Translations under genes and position numbers: made by a program
Shown here: positions 25,947-35,404 of the stretch, in pieces
How the letters are laid out: each line of letters opens with the position of its first letter
Position numbering within the stretch: the first letter of the stretch is position 1
Source: Xenococcaceae cyanobacterium
GTDB lineage: Bacteria; Cyanobacteriota; Cyanobacteriia; Cyanobacteriales; Xenococcaceae
Length of the DNA stretch: 64,000 bases
NCBI GenBank assembly: GCA_051439545.1
Contig: JBFRWK010000058.1
Coordinates: 31,126 to 95,125 of the forward strand
Reading direction: 5' to 3'
Notes under the pieces: model-generated
Told to the model about the DNA's origin: nothing
Databases searched by the model: none
Seen by the model: the letters and a program-made list of their open reading frames with translations, nothing else

Positions 25947-27199
25947 AAGGTAGTTCCTTTGCCTATTGTACTTTCTACGCTAATTTGACCGTTATGAGCT
26001 TGAATAATTTGTTGGGCGATCGCCAGTCCCAAGCCAAAACCGCCTGTTTGTCTGGTACGGGCTTTATCTACTCGGTAAAAGCGATCGAAAATATGGGGTA
26101 AGTCTGAAGCGGGAATACCAATACCAGTATCTTTAATTTTAATAAAAAGACGGCGGGGTTTAACCATTAACTCCAAAGTAATACTTCCCCGATCTGTATA
26201 TTTGATGGCATTATCGAGTAAATTACGAATAGCTTGTTGCAATAGATCGCGATCGCCACAAACTTTTAATGAGGTAGTTGGTAAATTTAAATTAAACTGC
26301 AAGTTTTTCTCTATGCTGCGAGTTTGATATTGTTTAGCCAAATAATTTAATAATTCGACTATGTCTGTTTTGGTGAGATCTTTGGGGTTTAATTTCCCTT
26401 CATGACGAGCTAAAAAGAGCAAGTTAGCAATTAACCCACTCATCAATTTACTTTGAGTGACAATATTGGCTAAACGCTGACGGGGTTGTTCCCTATCTTC
26501 TGGGGGAGCGAGTAAACCTACTTGAGCATTACTGAGAATTGCTGCTACTGGGGCGCGTAATTCGTGGGAAGCATCGGCAGTAAAACGTTGTAATTGTTCG
26601 TAAGAGTGTCTGACGGGTTGCATAGCTAATCCTGCTAGAAACCAACCGACAATACCAGTAAAACCAAGGGTAATTGGTACTCCTAAAGAGAAAAACAACC
26701 TCGATCGCCTTAAAGACTCTTCCAAAGAATCGATCGAAACCGCAACCTGTACATAACCAACTAAAGAGAGATCGTATTTTAGAGGAAGGGTTAAAGTACG
26801 CAGATTCTTTTGAGATATCGTATCTCCATAACTGCACTCATACTCTAAGGTTTGCCATCCAGGTATGACGAAAGACTGAGAGGAGGTACAATTACCAATA
26901 AATTGTAAAAGACGCTTGCGAGAATCGTACCAGCGAATGCATTTTAAGTTTAACTCCGTTGAAAAAACTTCTCGATCTAATAAAGAGACGTTTTCTGTAT
27001 TAACCTGCCAACTGTTGTCTTGTTGTTGATAACTCGTTTGGGAGGCAATTTTTTTAGTTTGAGCATAAACATTGGCATCAAATTCTCGCATTCTATCTTG
27101 TACCTGACGGTGATAAACCGTAAAAGCAAACAAAATTAAAATGCTGCCCATAGAACAAGCAAACCAGTAAGCCATGCGAAGACGAGAGCGATCGAACAT
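25919..27199 (-). CDS. membrane sensor histidine kinase (OmpR-partner type), no cognate regulator adjacent
   Basis: Two TM segments. H-box '[14 protein letters not shown]', N-box 'LLDNAIKYT', G-box '[14 protein letters not shown]'. Confidence 0.8.
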   Translation of the reverse strand: MFDRSRLRMAYWFACSMGSILILFAFTVYHRQVQDRMREFDANVYAQTKKIASQTSYQQQDNSWQVNTENVSLLDREVFSTELNLKCIRWYDSRKRLLQFIGNCTSSQSFVIPGWQTLEYECSYGDTISQKNLRTLTLPLKYDLSLVGYVQVAVSIDSLEESLRRSRLFFSLGVPITLGFTGIVGWFLAGLAMQPVRHSYEQLQRFTADASHELRAPVAAILSNAQVGLLAPPEDREQPRQRLANIVTQSKLMSGLIANLLFLARHEGKLNPKDLTKTDIVELLNYLAKQYQTRSIEKNLQFNLNLPTTSLKVCGDRDLLQQAIRNLLDNAIKYTDRGSITLELMVKPRRLFIKIKDTGIGIPASDLPHIFDRFYRVDKARTRQTGGFGLGLAIAQQIIQAHNGQISVESTIGKGTTFQICLPLRS

Positions 27200-27238
27200 T
27201 GAGACGCAGTAATAATTTATCCCGATCGTAACGAAAAA

Positions 27239-28297
27239 CTAATTTTGAGGTTTTTGCTCGTTGATAATACCTCTAGACTGTAATAGCCTCTGTCTTTTTT
27301 TGCGGGCAATTTCTTGGAGATCGACACTGCGATCGGTTTCGTCAACAATTTCCCCTGTTAATACTTCTAAAACATCTTCTAAGGTTACAACCCCTGCGAC
27401 TCCACCATATTCATCTAAAACTACGGCTAAATGTTCTCTGGTTTCTTGAAAAACTTTTAGTAATTTATCGGCTCTAATAGTTTCGGGAACAAAACGAACT
27501 TTACGCACGAGATTGCTGATTTTTTGGTCTTTATTACCTTCAATCATGGCAGTAAGTAAGACATCTTTTAAGACCAAACCAACTACATTATCGATCGAGT
27601 TTTCAATAACTAAAATGCGGGTGTGCTGCGAAGCAATAATTTCTTGTTTGCATTCTTCTAGGGTTAAGTCTCCTTTTAAATAAGTAACAATAATTCTGGG
27701 AGTCATTAAGTCAGATGCAGTCAAATCATTCAGTTGAAAGACGTGCTGAATCATTTCTGCTTCATCATCTTCGATTACTCCTTCTTGATAGCCAATTTTT
27801 GTTAAAAATTTAATTTCTGCTTCATTGGTAGTAGGAATTGCTTTTCCTTTGGTTATGGGTGCAGTGACTCTTTCGACAATCCACACTAAAGGCATTAAAG
27901 CAATAGTCAAAAATTGAACTGGCATGGCGATAAATAGAGCAATATTGGTTGCGTAACGCTCACCTAAAGTTTTCGGGATAATTTCCCCTAAGATGATGAT
28001 TAAAAACGTGAGAATACCAGAAAATACTCCCAGCCAAGTATCACCTAATGCCTCTACTGCCAGACTACCAATGACAATACTCCCAACAATATTAAAAATA
28101 TTATTAAGGATCACGATCATGGCGATCGGACGATTAATTTTAGTCCGAATTCCCAGTAGTGCTAAAGCAGGGGGTTTTTTCGATTGTGCTAGTTGCCGAA
28201 CTTTAATTAAAGGAACGGATAATAGCGCAGTTTCTGAGCCAGAACAAATTGCTGAACCCAAAATAACGATCGCAACGGCAATAATAAGAGCTAGCAT
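27239..28297 (-). CDS. CNNM/DUF21 transmembrane domain + CBS pair protein (hemolysin/CorC-like family)
   Basis: N-terminal DUF21-like helices ('GSETALLS'). A CBS pair follows ('DLMTPR..', 'VIENSIDNVVGLV', 'LAVVLDEYGGVAGVVTLEDVLE'). Confidence 0.75.
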   Translation of the reverse strand: MLALIIAVAIVILGSAICSGSETALLSVPLIKVRQLAQSKKPPALALLGIRTKINRPIAMIVILNNIFNIVGSIVIGSLAVEALGDTWLGVFSGILTFLIIILGEIIPKTLGERYATNIALFIAMPVQFLTIALMPLVWIVERVTAPITKGKAIPTTNEAEIKFLTKIGYQEGVIEDDEAEMIQHVFQLNDLTASDLMTPRIIVTYLKGDLTLEECKQEIIASQHTRILVIENSIDNVVGLVLKDVLLTAMIEGNKDQKISNLVRKVRFVPETIRADKLLKVFQETREHLAVVLDEYGGVAGVVTLEDVLEVLTGEIVDETDRSVDLQEIARKKRQRLLQSRGIINEQKPQN

Positions 28298-28333
28298 ATA
28301 AATCGAATTAATTTGTAATTATATAATTATCCA

Positions 28334-31291
28334 TTAGTCGAGAATCTCTACAACTCCTAATAGACCATTTATTCTTACTTTTTGACCATTGTGCAGAATT
28401 TGATTAATGTTAGGAATATCCATAACCGCAGGGATACCATATTCACGAGCGATAATTGCTCCATGAGATAATCTTCCACCTACTTCGGCAATTAATCCAC
28501 CAGCACGAACTAAAATAGGCGACCATCCTGCATCAGTATAAGGAACAACAATAATCGTCTCTTTATCTATCTGGTCGATATTAGCAAAATCTGACAGGAT
28601 TTTAACTTCTCCTTCGATCGTACCTGGACTCGTACCGATACCTTGCAATACTTGAGCATCATTGCTAACGGGAGTATTAGAGAGGGATATAGCAGGAGTG
28701 CGATCGCCATAAACTAGATAGGGAATGCGCTTTAACTGCTTATTTTCTGCTAATTTGGCGCGTCTTTCCATGATTAGCTGCCATAGTCTTCGTTGCAGTT
28801 TATCGGTGGAATTTGTTTGTAATTCCCTAATTTCTAGATTTTCTAAGTAAAAGATATCTTCTGGTGCATTTAACTTTCCTGCTTCTAGCCATTGTGCTTC
28901 TAAAGCCAGAAAACTCCATCGTAAATGAGCGAGTAACTTGTTATAAACTTCGCTAACTTTACCTTTTAAGTTCAGTCTATTTTGCACTAATTGAGCTTTG
29001 TAGCTGGTGATTTGCTTTTCGCTAGTTGCTCGTGCTTGTTGGCGATATTGGCGATCGCTAAAAAAGCGGGTAAACATTTCTCTAGCAGGACGGGGATTAT
29101 CGCGCCAACGAGGAATGGCAATATCGGTAGCTACTTGACTTAAATAACCGTATTCATCTAACCATTGGTTAAATCTGTTTAAAATACTTTCTCCTTCAGG
29201 ATGTTCTGAGATCTGAGCAAATAAAGAAGCACTCGAAACGGTATTGATTTCGGCATTAGATAACACTTTAAGCGCATCAGCAGCGAGTTCCGCTAGCGAT
29301 CGCATCGATTCTATTTCTGGAGTTTTGCTGTTATCTAGTTCTGCGTCGGCTACTTTCAGGATTGTCTGTCTGAGGGCAAAGCTTAAAGGTGCGAGAATAC
29401 TATAGTAGGTGGCGTGTTCTAATACTTCTAAAATTGTTTCTATTCGCGCCAAAATTTCGTCGGGGGTTAATTCTGTTGCTGGTGTTTCCTCAATATCTGC
29501 CAAAGTCGAGGCGAATAATTTGTTGTAATCTTCCTGAAAATCTTGAACCAGATTCCACTCTCGCTTAAATAATCGCCATAAACCAGGTAAGTTCGCTACA
29601 GTAGATTTTAACGGTGGTTTGGTAAATTTTTCTCCTCTAGTTAAAAATTCTAGACTTTCTGGCGGTAGACCCATTCTCAGAAAGATAGTACCTATAAGAG
29701 TGGCATTAAAATAGGCGTGATTGAAATGGAGGGTAGCAGTTTGTTGAAAATTGAGATCGTGTCCTTTTTTACCCAAAACTAAATGAAAAATTTCACCCCA
29801 GACTCCACAGGTTAAGGGTTTATTAATCGACCAAGTTAAAGGTTTAATTAGTCCAGGAATAACTTCTGCTGCAATTTTGCGCGTCCAAATCGGTTGTAGA
29901 GTAGTAATGGAACGAGCTTGTAATAACCATAATTTTTCGCCATCATAAGTCCATTCTATATCTTGGGGTATGCCTTGGAATATTTCTTCTAGTTCCCTGG
30001 CAATGAGAGCTACAGATTCTAGTAATTCTGTGGGAATATCGGCAGGAGTAGCTCTATAATCTTCTTGAGTGACTAATATGTTACTATTAGAGCGATCGCC
30101 TGCGTTCTTTAAACTAACTTCAGGCAGATTGACTAAATATCTTTGGGGAGTGACTTTACCCGAAACTACTCGTGCTGCTCCTCCTGGCAAAACTTCGATC
30201 GCCACTGCCTGACTGAACTGATTGAGGGGATCGCGACTAAAAGCTACCCCCGAAAATAATCCCTCGATCTGTTGTTGCACGATTACCGCCATTCCTTCTG
30301 AAGTTTTCTCCTTATTATTACTTTTCATAAGTCGGCGATATTCTACTGCGTTAGCCTGAATATAAGAAGCCTGACAATCGATAACTGCTGTTTCTAAGGC
30401 TTCACGACTAGTAACGTTAGGAATACTTAAATATTGTCCTGCTGCCGAAGCATTGGCTGAATCTTCCCCTAGAGCAGAAGAACGAACAATTACAGGATTG
30501 GCAACAGAAGGACGCACGAATTTGGCTATAGTTTTCGGGTCGTCTCCTGGGGGAATTACCCAGCCAGGGGGAACTGCATAACCCAAACGTTTTAGTAAAG
30601 CTAAATTGGCAGCTTTTTGTCCTACTTTAGCAGCATCTAATTGACGATCTAAAGAAAGAATTGCTTTATCTCCGCGAAAAAAACTAAACACAGTTTTAGA
30701 ATCAGTTGTTACTCCCGTATTAGGTAAATCCAAATCATCGGGTATTTTTTGATAAATCCATGCCATTAAACTGGCAAGAGCAGTAGCTGCTACAAAATAC
30801 TCTAATCGATCGGGGTGACGTAGTCCCACAATAATAGCAAATAAAAAGAGTACGCCCAACTTACCTACTCGGCGATCGCGATTAATTGTAAAACTAATTC
30901 CCCCAATTAAAAAAACTAGCGCAAATGTAATGACATCATGAACTAATACCCCCCACACCATATTAGTCGTTCCTGCCCCTTTTCCCATCCAGTAACGACC
31001 CATAATTAGGGCAATTAGGGCAATTATCTCCCAAACAGAGCCAACGGGGAAAAATGCCCTAGCGAGTAATACGGCAATAATGCCTTTTGCTGCTTCTGAG
31101 ATGACGGCTAAAATCCCAACTAACTTACCGCCATGGTAAAAAGCTGCGGATACAGAAATATTTCCAGTGCCTAGTTTAGATAACTGACGACCAGTAATCC
31201 CATAAGTAATCCATTCGATTAAGGGTAATCCTCCCAATAAAGGACATACCACTAAGACAATTAAAGCACCCCAAACCTCTGAGAGTATCAT
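28334..31291 (-). CDS. fusion protein: PlsY-like membrane domain + PEP/pyruvate-binding (ATP-grasp) domain + PEP-utilising swivel (phospho-His) domain
   Basis: N-terminus 'LGTGNISVSAAFYHGGKLVGILAVISEAAKGIIAVLLAR' (PlsY-like). 'GQKAANLALLKRLGYAVPPGWVIP' (PPDK_N-like). C-terminus 'PYTDAGWSPILVRAGGLIAEVGGRLSHGAIIAREYGIPAV'. ATG at 31291 is preferred over the TTG at 31342. Confidence 0.7.
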   Translation of the reverse strand: MILSEVWGALIVLVVCPLLGGLPLIEWITYGITGRQLSKLGTGNISVSAAFYHGGKLVGILAVISEAAKGIIAVLLARAFFPVGSVWEIIALIALIMGRYWMGKGAGTTNMVWGVLVHDVITFALVFLIGGISFTINRDRRVGKLGVLFLFAIIVGLRHPDRLEYFVAATALASLMAWIYQKIPDDLDLPNTGVTTDSKTVFSFFRGDKAILSLDRQLDAAKVGQKAANLALLKRLGYAVPPGWVIPPGDDPKTIAKFVRPSVANPVIVRSSALGEDSANASAAGQYLSIPNVTSREALETAVIDCQASYIQANAVEYRRLMKSNNKEKTSEGMAVIVQQQIEGLFSGVAFSRDPLNQFSQAVAIEVLPGGAARVVSGKVTPQRYLVNLPEVSLKNAGDRSNSNILVTQEDYRATPADIPTELLESVALIARELEEIFQGIPQDIEWTYDGEKLWLLQARSITTLQPIWTRKIAAEVIPGLIKPLTWSINKPLTCGVWGEIFHLVLGKKGHDLNFQQTATLHFNHAYFNATLIGTIFLRMGLPPESLEFLTRGEKFTKPPLKSTVANLPGLWRLFKREWNLVQDFQEDYNKLFASTLADIEETPATELTPDEILARIETILEVLEHATYYSILAPLSFALRQTILKVADAELDNSKTPEIESMRSLAELAADALKVLSNAEINTVSSASLFAQISEHPEGESILNRFNQWLDEYGYLSQVATDIAIPRWRDNPRPAREMFTRFFSDRQYRQQARATSEKQITSYKAQLVQNRLNLKGKVSEVYNKLLAHLRWSFLALEAQWLEAGKLNAPEDIFYLENLEIRELQTNSTDKLQRRLWQLIMERRAKLAENKQLKRIPYLVYGDRTPAISLSNTPVSNDAQVLQGIGTSPGTIEGEVKILSDFANIDQIDKETIIVVPYTDAGWSPILVRAGGLIAEVGGRLSHGAIIAREYGIPAVMDIPNINQILHNGQKVRINGLLGVVEILD

Positions 31292-31517
31292 TTGTCTAAT
31301 TTCAAGTTTTTTTCTTCCCTTCTTTTGTAAGATTACCTCCAAAAGTATGACCGTGCATCAAACAATTAGATGATAGTCTAGCAACTTCTGACAAGACTGT
31401 TAATAATCAAAGCAAAAAGCGATCGCCTCATAGTCGAAAAAATCTCTAACAAAATGATAAAATATTCATTTTTGCCCCCCTAGCCCCCCAAATCTGGGGG
31501 GAATATATGACAAAAGT

Positions 31518-31627
31518 CCCCCAACTTACCCCCAACTTACCCCCAACTTACCCCCAACTTACCCCCAACTTACCCCCAACTTACCCCCAACTTACCCCCA
31601 ACTTACCCCCAACTTACCCCCAACTTA
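31518..31627 (+). repeat. tandem repeat (CCCCCAACTTA) x10
   Basis: Counted directly: ten perfect 11-bp units, ending at the palindrome 'cccccaatattggggg' (31628-31643). MITE copy 1 has one unit. Confidence 0.95.
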
Positions 31628-31643
31628 CCCCCAATATTGGGGG

Positions 31644-31733
31644 TCACGGGGGCAGGGGTCACGGGGGCAGGGGTCACGGGGGCAGGGGTCACGGGGGCAG
31701 GGGTCACGGGGGCAGGGGTCACGGGGGCAGGGG
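31644..31733 (+). repeat. tandem repeat (TCACGGGGGCAGGGG) x6
   Basis: Counted directly: six perfect 15-bp units. MITE copy 1 has one unit. Confidence 0.95.
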
Positions 31734-31823
31734 ATTTAGTCCCGCTTGAATGTATAAAATTAGACTTCTCAGACAGCCTCTTAGATTTAGGTCAATACTC
31801 AGAGTAAAGAGCAATCTCAAAAT

Positions 31824-32033
31824 ATGAGTTTTAGTGATGTAGTCGAAGCGATTAAAGAACTATCAACCGAAGAGAAACAACAAATACAGCTATTGTTGAG
31901 TCAATACCTGCGTGAGGAAAGACGCGAGGAAATTTATCGAAATCTTCAATCAGCAAGAGAAGAACAGCAAAATCATCAACTACAATTCTCATCAGAACTT
32001 GATGAACTTAAACAGATGCTTGATTTTAGTTAG
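31824..32033 (+). CDS. small antitoxin-like protein (69 aa), orphan
   Basis: 'MSFSDVVEAIKELSTEEKQQIQLLLSQYLREERREEIYRNLQ..' resembles small helical antitoxin-type proteins. No toxin ORF follows, because the convergent HEAT ORF ends 6 nt later. Confidence 0.4.
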   Translation: MSFSDVVEAIKELSTEEKQQIQLLLSQYLREERREEIYRNLQSAREEQQNHQLQFSSELDELKQMLDFS

Positions 32034-32038
32034 TCATT

Positions 32039-32956
32039 TCAAGGTAATTTAGCTAATGCTTTCTTGGCAAACTCTCTGACTCTTTCATCTGGGTCATTTT
32101 GAGATCGATCGATTAATAAATCTTTAGTCTTAGGGCGAGCGGAAAAATATTCAATAATTTGTTCTAAAGCTGTTTGTCGGGGGTTAGTTTGCCATTCATA
32201 TTCACGTATAAAAGGATCGTTAACTGCACAGTTCGCCAACAATTCCAATATTTTAGGGCGATCGTGCCAACCTCTAGCTAATTCTTCCATGGCAGTTCTT
32301 CTGAGATACTCATTAGCATCGGAGTGGGCGCGTTGTTTCAGGATAGGTAAGGTTTCGGGGTCATCTTGCCAGCCTCTAGCTAATTCCTCCACGGCAGTCC
32401 TTCTGACAACCCCATTAGCATCGGATTGGGCGCATTGTTTCAGCCAAAGTAGGGTCTTTGGGTCATCTTGCCAGCCTCTAGCTAATTCCCGCACCGCAGT
32501 GCTTCTGACATACTCATCAGCATCGGATTGGGCGCGTTGTTTGAGAATAGGTAAGGTATCGGGGTCATCTTGCCAGCCTCTAGCTAATTCCTCCACCGCA
32601 GCACTTCTGACAACCCGATCGGCATCGGATTGGGCGCGTTGTTTCAGCCAAGGTAAGGTCTCGGGGTCATCTTGCCAACCTCTAGCTAATACTTCCACCG
32701 CAGTGATTCTGACATCCCAATTAGTATCAGATTGGGCGCGTTGTTTCAGGATAGGTAAGGTCTCGGGGTCATCGTGCCAGCCTCTAGCTAATACTTCCAC
32801 CGCAGTGATTCTGACAACCCGATCGGCATCGGATTGGGCGCGTTGTTTCAGCCAGGGTAAGATTTCAGGATGATTATGCCAGTTCGAGGCGATCGCATTT
32901 ATTACTTTTTCAGATAATTCTGCCTTTAGTTTAAATTGTTCCTCAATTCGTTTCAA
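32039..32956 (-). pseudogene. HEAT-repeat C-terminal part of an eroded NACHT-family STAND gene
   Basis: About seven 32-aa (96-bp) repeats 'LPxLKQRAQSDxxxxVRxxAVExLARGWxDDPET'. The frame starts only at a TTG, right after an in-frame stop that ends the NACHT fragment. Confidence 0.65.
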
Positions 32957-33142
32957 TTGTTCCTTACTTCCACTAGCCTAAGGATTAACGGCTAACTGTT
33001 GAATTGCCTGGGATTCTTTAATCGCTTTGGTAATACGTTGTTGACGGTCTTGTTTTTTCTGGTTTTCAGTAGCTTCGTTATAAGTCAGGTCATGCCATTT
33101 TTGCAAAAAATCCTTAATTTGTTCTGGTTCTAAATCCTGCAA
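32957..33142 (-). pseudogene. NACHT-domain middle fragment
   Basis: The minus strand reads '(K)LQDLEPEQIKDFLQKWHDLTYNEATENQKKQDRQQRITKAIKESQAIQQLAVNP*'. This continues the reading of 34513-34646 across the TnpB element. Confidence 0.6.
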
Positions 33143-34512
33143 CTTGACATCCTCCCTCGTTTTAACGAGGGATTCCCAAACATCACTATTTGGGTTTCTG
33201 TTTCTTTCTCGTAGAACGAGTCTTTCGCAACTGCCCTTTAGAGCTATGTCTATCAGGTCTTACGTCCGCTCCACAGACAGCAACTGCTTGCCCAGCAGCC
33301 AAAATATTTTTCCCAGCGTTGATGTCTCTATCAATGTCTGTAGTTCCACAGCTAGGACAATCCCAACTGCGAACATCCAAAGGCAGTTTTTCAACTAGAA
33401 ATCCGCAATGGTGACATCGCTTACTGCTCGGAAAAAATCGGTCAATCTTGACCAGTTTTCGCCCGTACCATTCACACTTATATTCAAGTTGACGAAACAT
33501 TTCACCCCAAGCAGCATCGGAAATAGACCGAGACAACTTGCGGTTTTTGACCATGTTTCTGACTGCCAAGTCCTCAATAGCAATCAAGCTATTATCTCGA
33601 ACCAAGTCCGTTGTCAACTTATGGAGAAAATCGGTACGAGCATCTTTAATTTTGGCGTGTATTTTAGCTACTTCAAGTCGTGCGCGATTTCGATTACTAG
33701 AGCATGATTGTTTTCCGACTCAGTTCTCTTTGCGCTACTTTGAGCTTTTTGTACAGCCGATTAAAATGCTTGGGATTGGCTATTTTTTCCCCATCGCTGG
33801 TACTAATCAAACTTGTTACACCAGCATCAATACCAATCTGTTTAGATGTTGGTGGCAGAGTCTCGATAGTGTAGTCATCTACCAACAGAGAGACAAACCA
33901 ACGCCCAGAAGGGTCGAGTTTGACGGTAACAGTAGATGGTTGACACCCTTCGGGAAGATATCTAGACCAAACTATATTAAGTGGTTCAGAACACTTAGCC
34001 AGCCAGACCTTACCGTCTCGGTATTTAAAAGCCGACTTGGTAAATTCTGCACTACCACCATTTCGCTTTTTCTTAAAGCGAGGATATTTAGCTCGTTTCC
34101 CCCAGAAGTTAGCCAACGCTTTTTGCAGATGTCTAAGGCATTGCTGCAAAGGCACGCAGCTAACCTCATTGAGAAAATCGAGTTCATCGGTTTTCTTCCA
34201 ACTGGTCAGCAAGCTAGAGGTTTGCTTGTAGTCAATCCTCTCTTGTCTTTCATACCAAGCTTCGGTTCGCTTAGCCAAAGCTTTGTTATAGACCAAACGC
34301 ACACAGCCCATTGTTCGTCGCAAGAGATTTTCTTGCTCGTCAGTTGGGTAAAAGCGATATTTGTAGGCACGTTCGGTCATGTCTCACATTATAGAGTGCC
34401 TGTCGCCTGGGGTCTCCCCAGGCGTTTATACGGCACGTCCAGATTAAATGTAAATCCGATAATTGGAGGTGCGCATTCCTCCCTCAATAAATTGAGAGTC
34501 TCCTGCGCCAAT
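33143..34512 (-). mobile_element. TnpB-only IS200/IS605-family (IS1341-like) element, ~1.37 kb; ends +/- ~5 bp
   Basis: Boundaries are inferred from where the host NACHT reading frame breaks ('..EFHHFIL|') and resumes ('|LQDLEPEQ..'). Structured ends include 'gcctggggagaccccaggc' upstream of tnpB and the 'tccctcgt-tttaa-cgaggga' hairpin (33153-33172) near the 3' end. Confidence 0.7.
33186..34380 (-). pseudogene. tnpB: tnpB (RNA-guided RuvC-like nuclease) with a 1-nt frameshift near 33700-33720
   Basis: N-terminal part 'MTERAYKYRFYPTDEQENLL..IGIDAGV'. C-terminal part, in another frame, '..NRNRARLEVAKIHAKIKDARTDFLHKLTTDLVRDNSLIAIEDLAV..CHHCG..CPSCG..DRDINAGKNIL'. Confidence 0.8.
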
Positions 34513-35230
34513 AAGATGAAGTGATGAAACTCGGCATCTTTGAGTTGTTGGGGTTTGTAACCAATAATTCTAGAAGTAACGATTACTTTGACCTGGGGAT
34601 AGGTTTGGGTAAAGCTATGGATTTGAGTAATAAGATTAGCTCTTTGCTAAGGCTCGAAAACCTCATCTAAACCATCAAATTGTTGAAGCTTAATCTTGAG
34701 TATTTCTCTTAATTCATCTGATTCTTGGTAAATAGCTTTAACTTTCTTGAGATATTTTTTACTTAATCTATTCCAGTCAAAATCATCGGGTAGGGGTAAT
34801 AAATCAAGCTTTTCCCAAGTTTCTTTGAGAGTTTTTTGGTATCTAAATAGGAACAATCTTCTTGAAAGGGACTACCCAAAACCTGACGGACAGACTTTTC
34901 TTTGAGTAATTTTTTGATTGACTGAGTATATTCGGCGATCGCGTTATTATCTAGATCGGCATCATCTAAACAATCTTGTACTATTTCCAAAAAACCTTTA
35001 ATTGCCTTCCCTGCTGCAATATCTAAAGGTTCTCGATGAATTCGACTTAAAAATTTGCTATAACCTGCTGAAGAACTTGCGGATAATCTTTCTTTAAAAA
35101 AATCCTTTACCCAGTCTTCTGTGGCATCTTTGGTTAACTCTTTTAGTTCCTGATATAAATCTTGGAGAATTGGCTTAAAAATTAATCCCGCAGCACTGGT
35201 AACTCCCCAAGCAGTTAACAAATCAATCAT
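34513..35230 (-). pseudogene. N-terminal fragments of the NACHT-family STAND gene (frameshifted, P-loop region missing)
   Basis: Three pieces lie in different frames, ending with 'FDGLDEVFEP' (Walker-B-like) and 'QVKVIVTSRIIGYKPQQLKDAEFHHFIL'. No GxxxxGK[ST] is present anywhere. Confidence 0.6.
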
Positions 35231-35404
35231 ACAAATTCTTGTAACGCGATCGTATTTTCCGATCTTAGCGATTACTTGGTTGTATCTAAAAATAAATTAA
35301 TTTCTATTCCATAATTGCCTTTTACCTTGGCTCAGCCAATAGGATAAAGATCGGAAGTTAGAAGTCATAATAGGCATGAACAGAATTAAGAATGCGGTGA
35401 AATT

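Larger units (their letters stand above)
31431..31775. mobile_element. second copy of the 20599-20762 MITE, carrying internal tandem expansions
   Basis: It shares the core and the right end ('attagacttctcagaca') with copy 1. The left boundary is uncertain. A possible GCCTC duplication lies at 31425-31429 / 31776-31780. Confidence 0.6.

Noticed and set aside
31518-31733. Possible CRISPR array
   Set aside because: The units are contiguous, with no spacers, and are only 11 and 15 bp long. No cas genes are nearby.
31507-31749. 80-aa ORF 'PQLTPNLPPTY..GHGGRGHGGRG' with striking peptide repeats
   Set aside because: It is simply the translation of the 11-bp and 15-bp tandem arrays inside a MITE. 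The single-unit copy at 20599-20762 gives a different short ORF (20580-20768). There is no RBS or coding context.
32289-32873. 194-aa plus-strand ORF antisense to the HEAT-repeat region
   Set aside because: Its periodic sequence mirrors the 96-bp HEAT repeats on the other strand. The minus-strand product has a recognisable repeat family and the plus-strand product does not.
33538-34524. 328-aa plus-strand ORF across the TnpB element
   Set aside because: It is antisense to tnpB, whose minus-strand translation carries the RuvC and zinc-finger motifs. The plus-strand product has no recognisable features.
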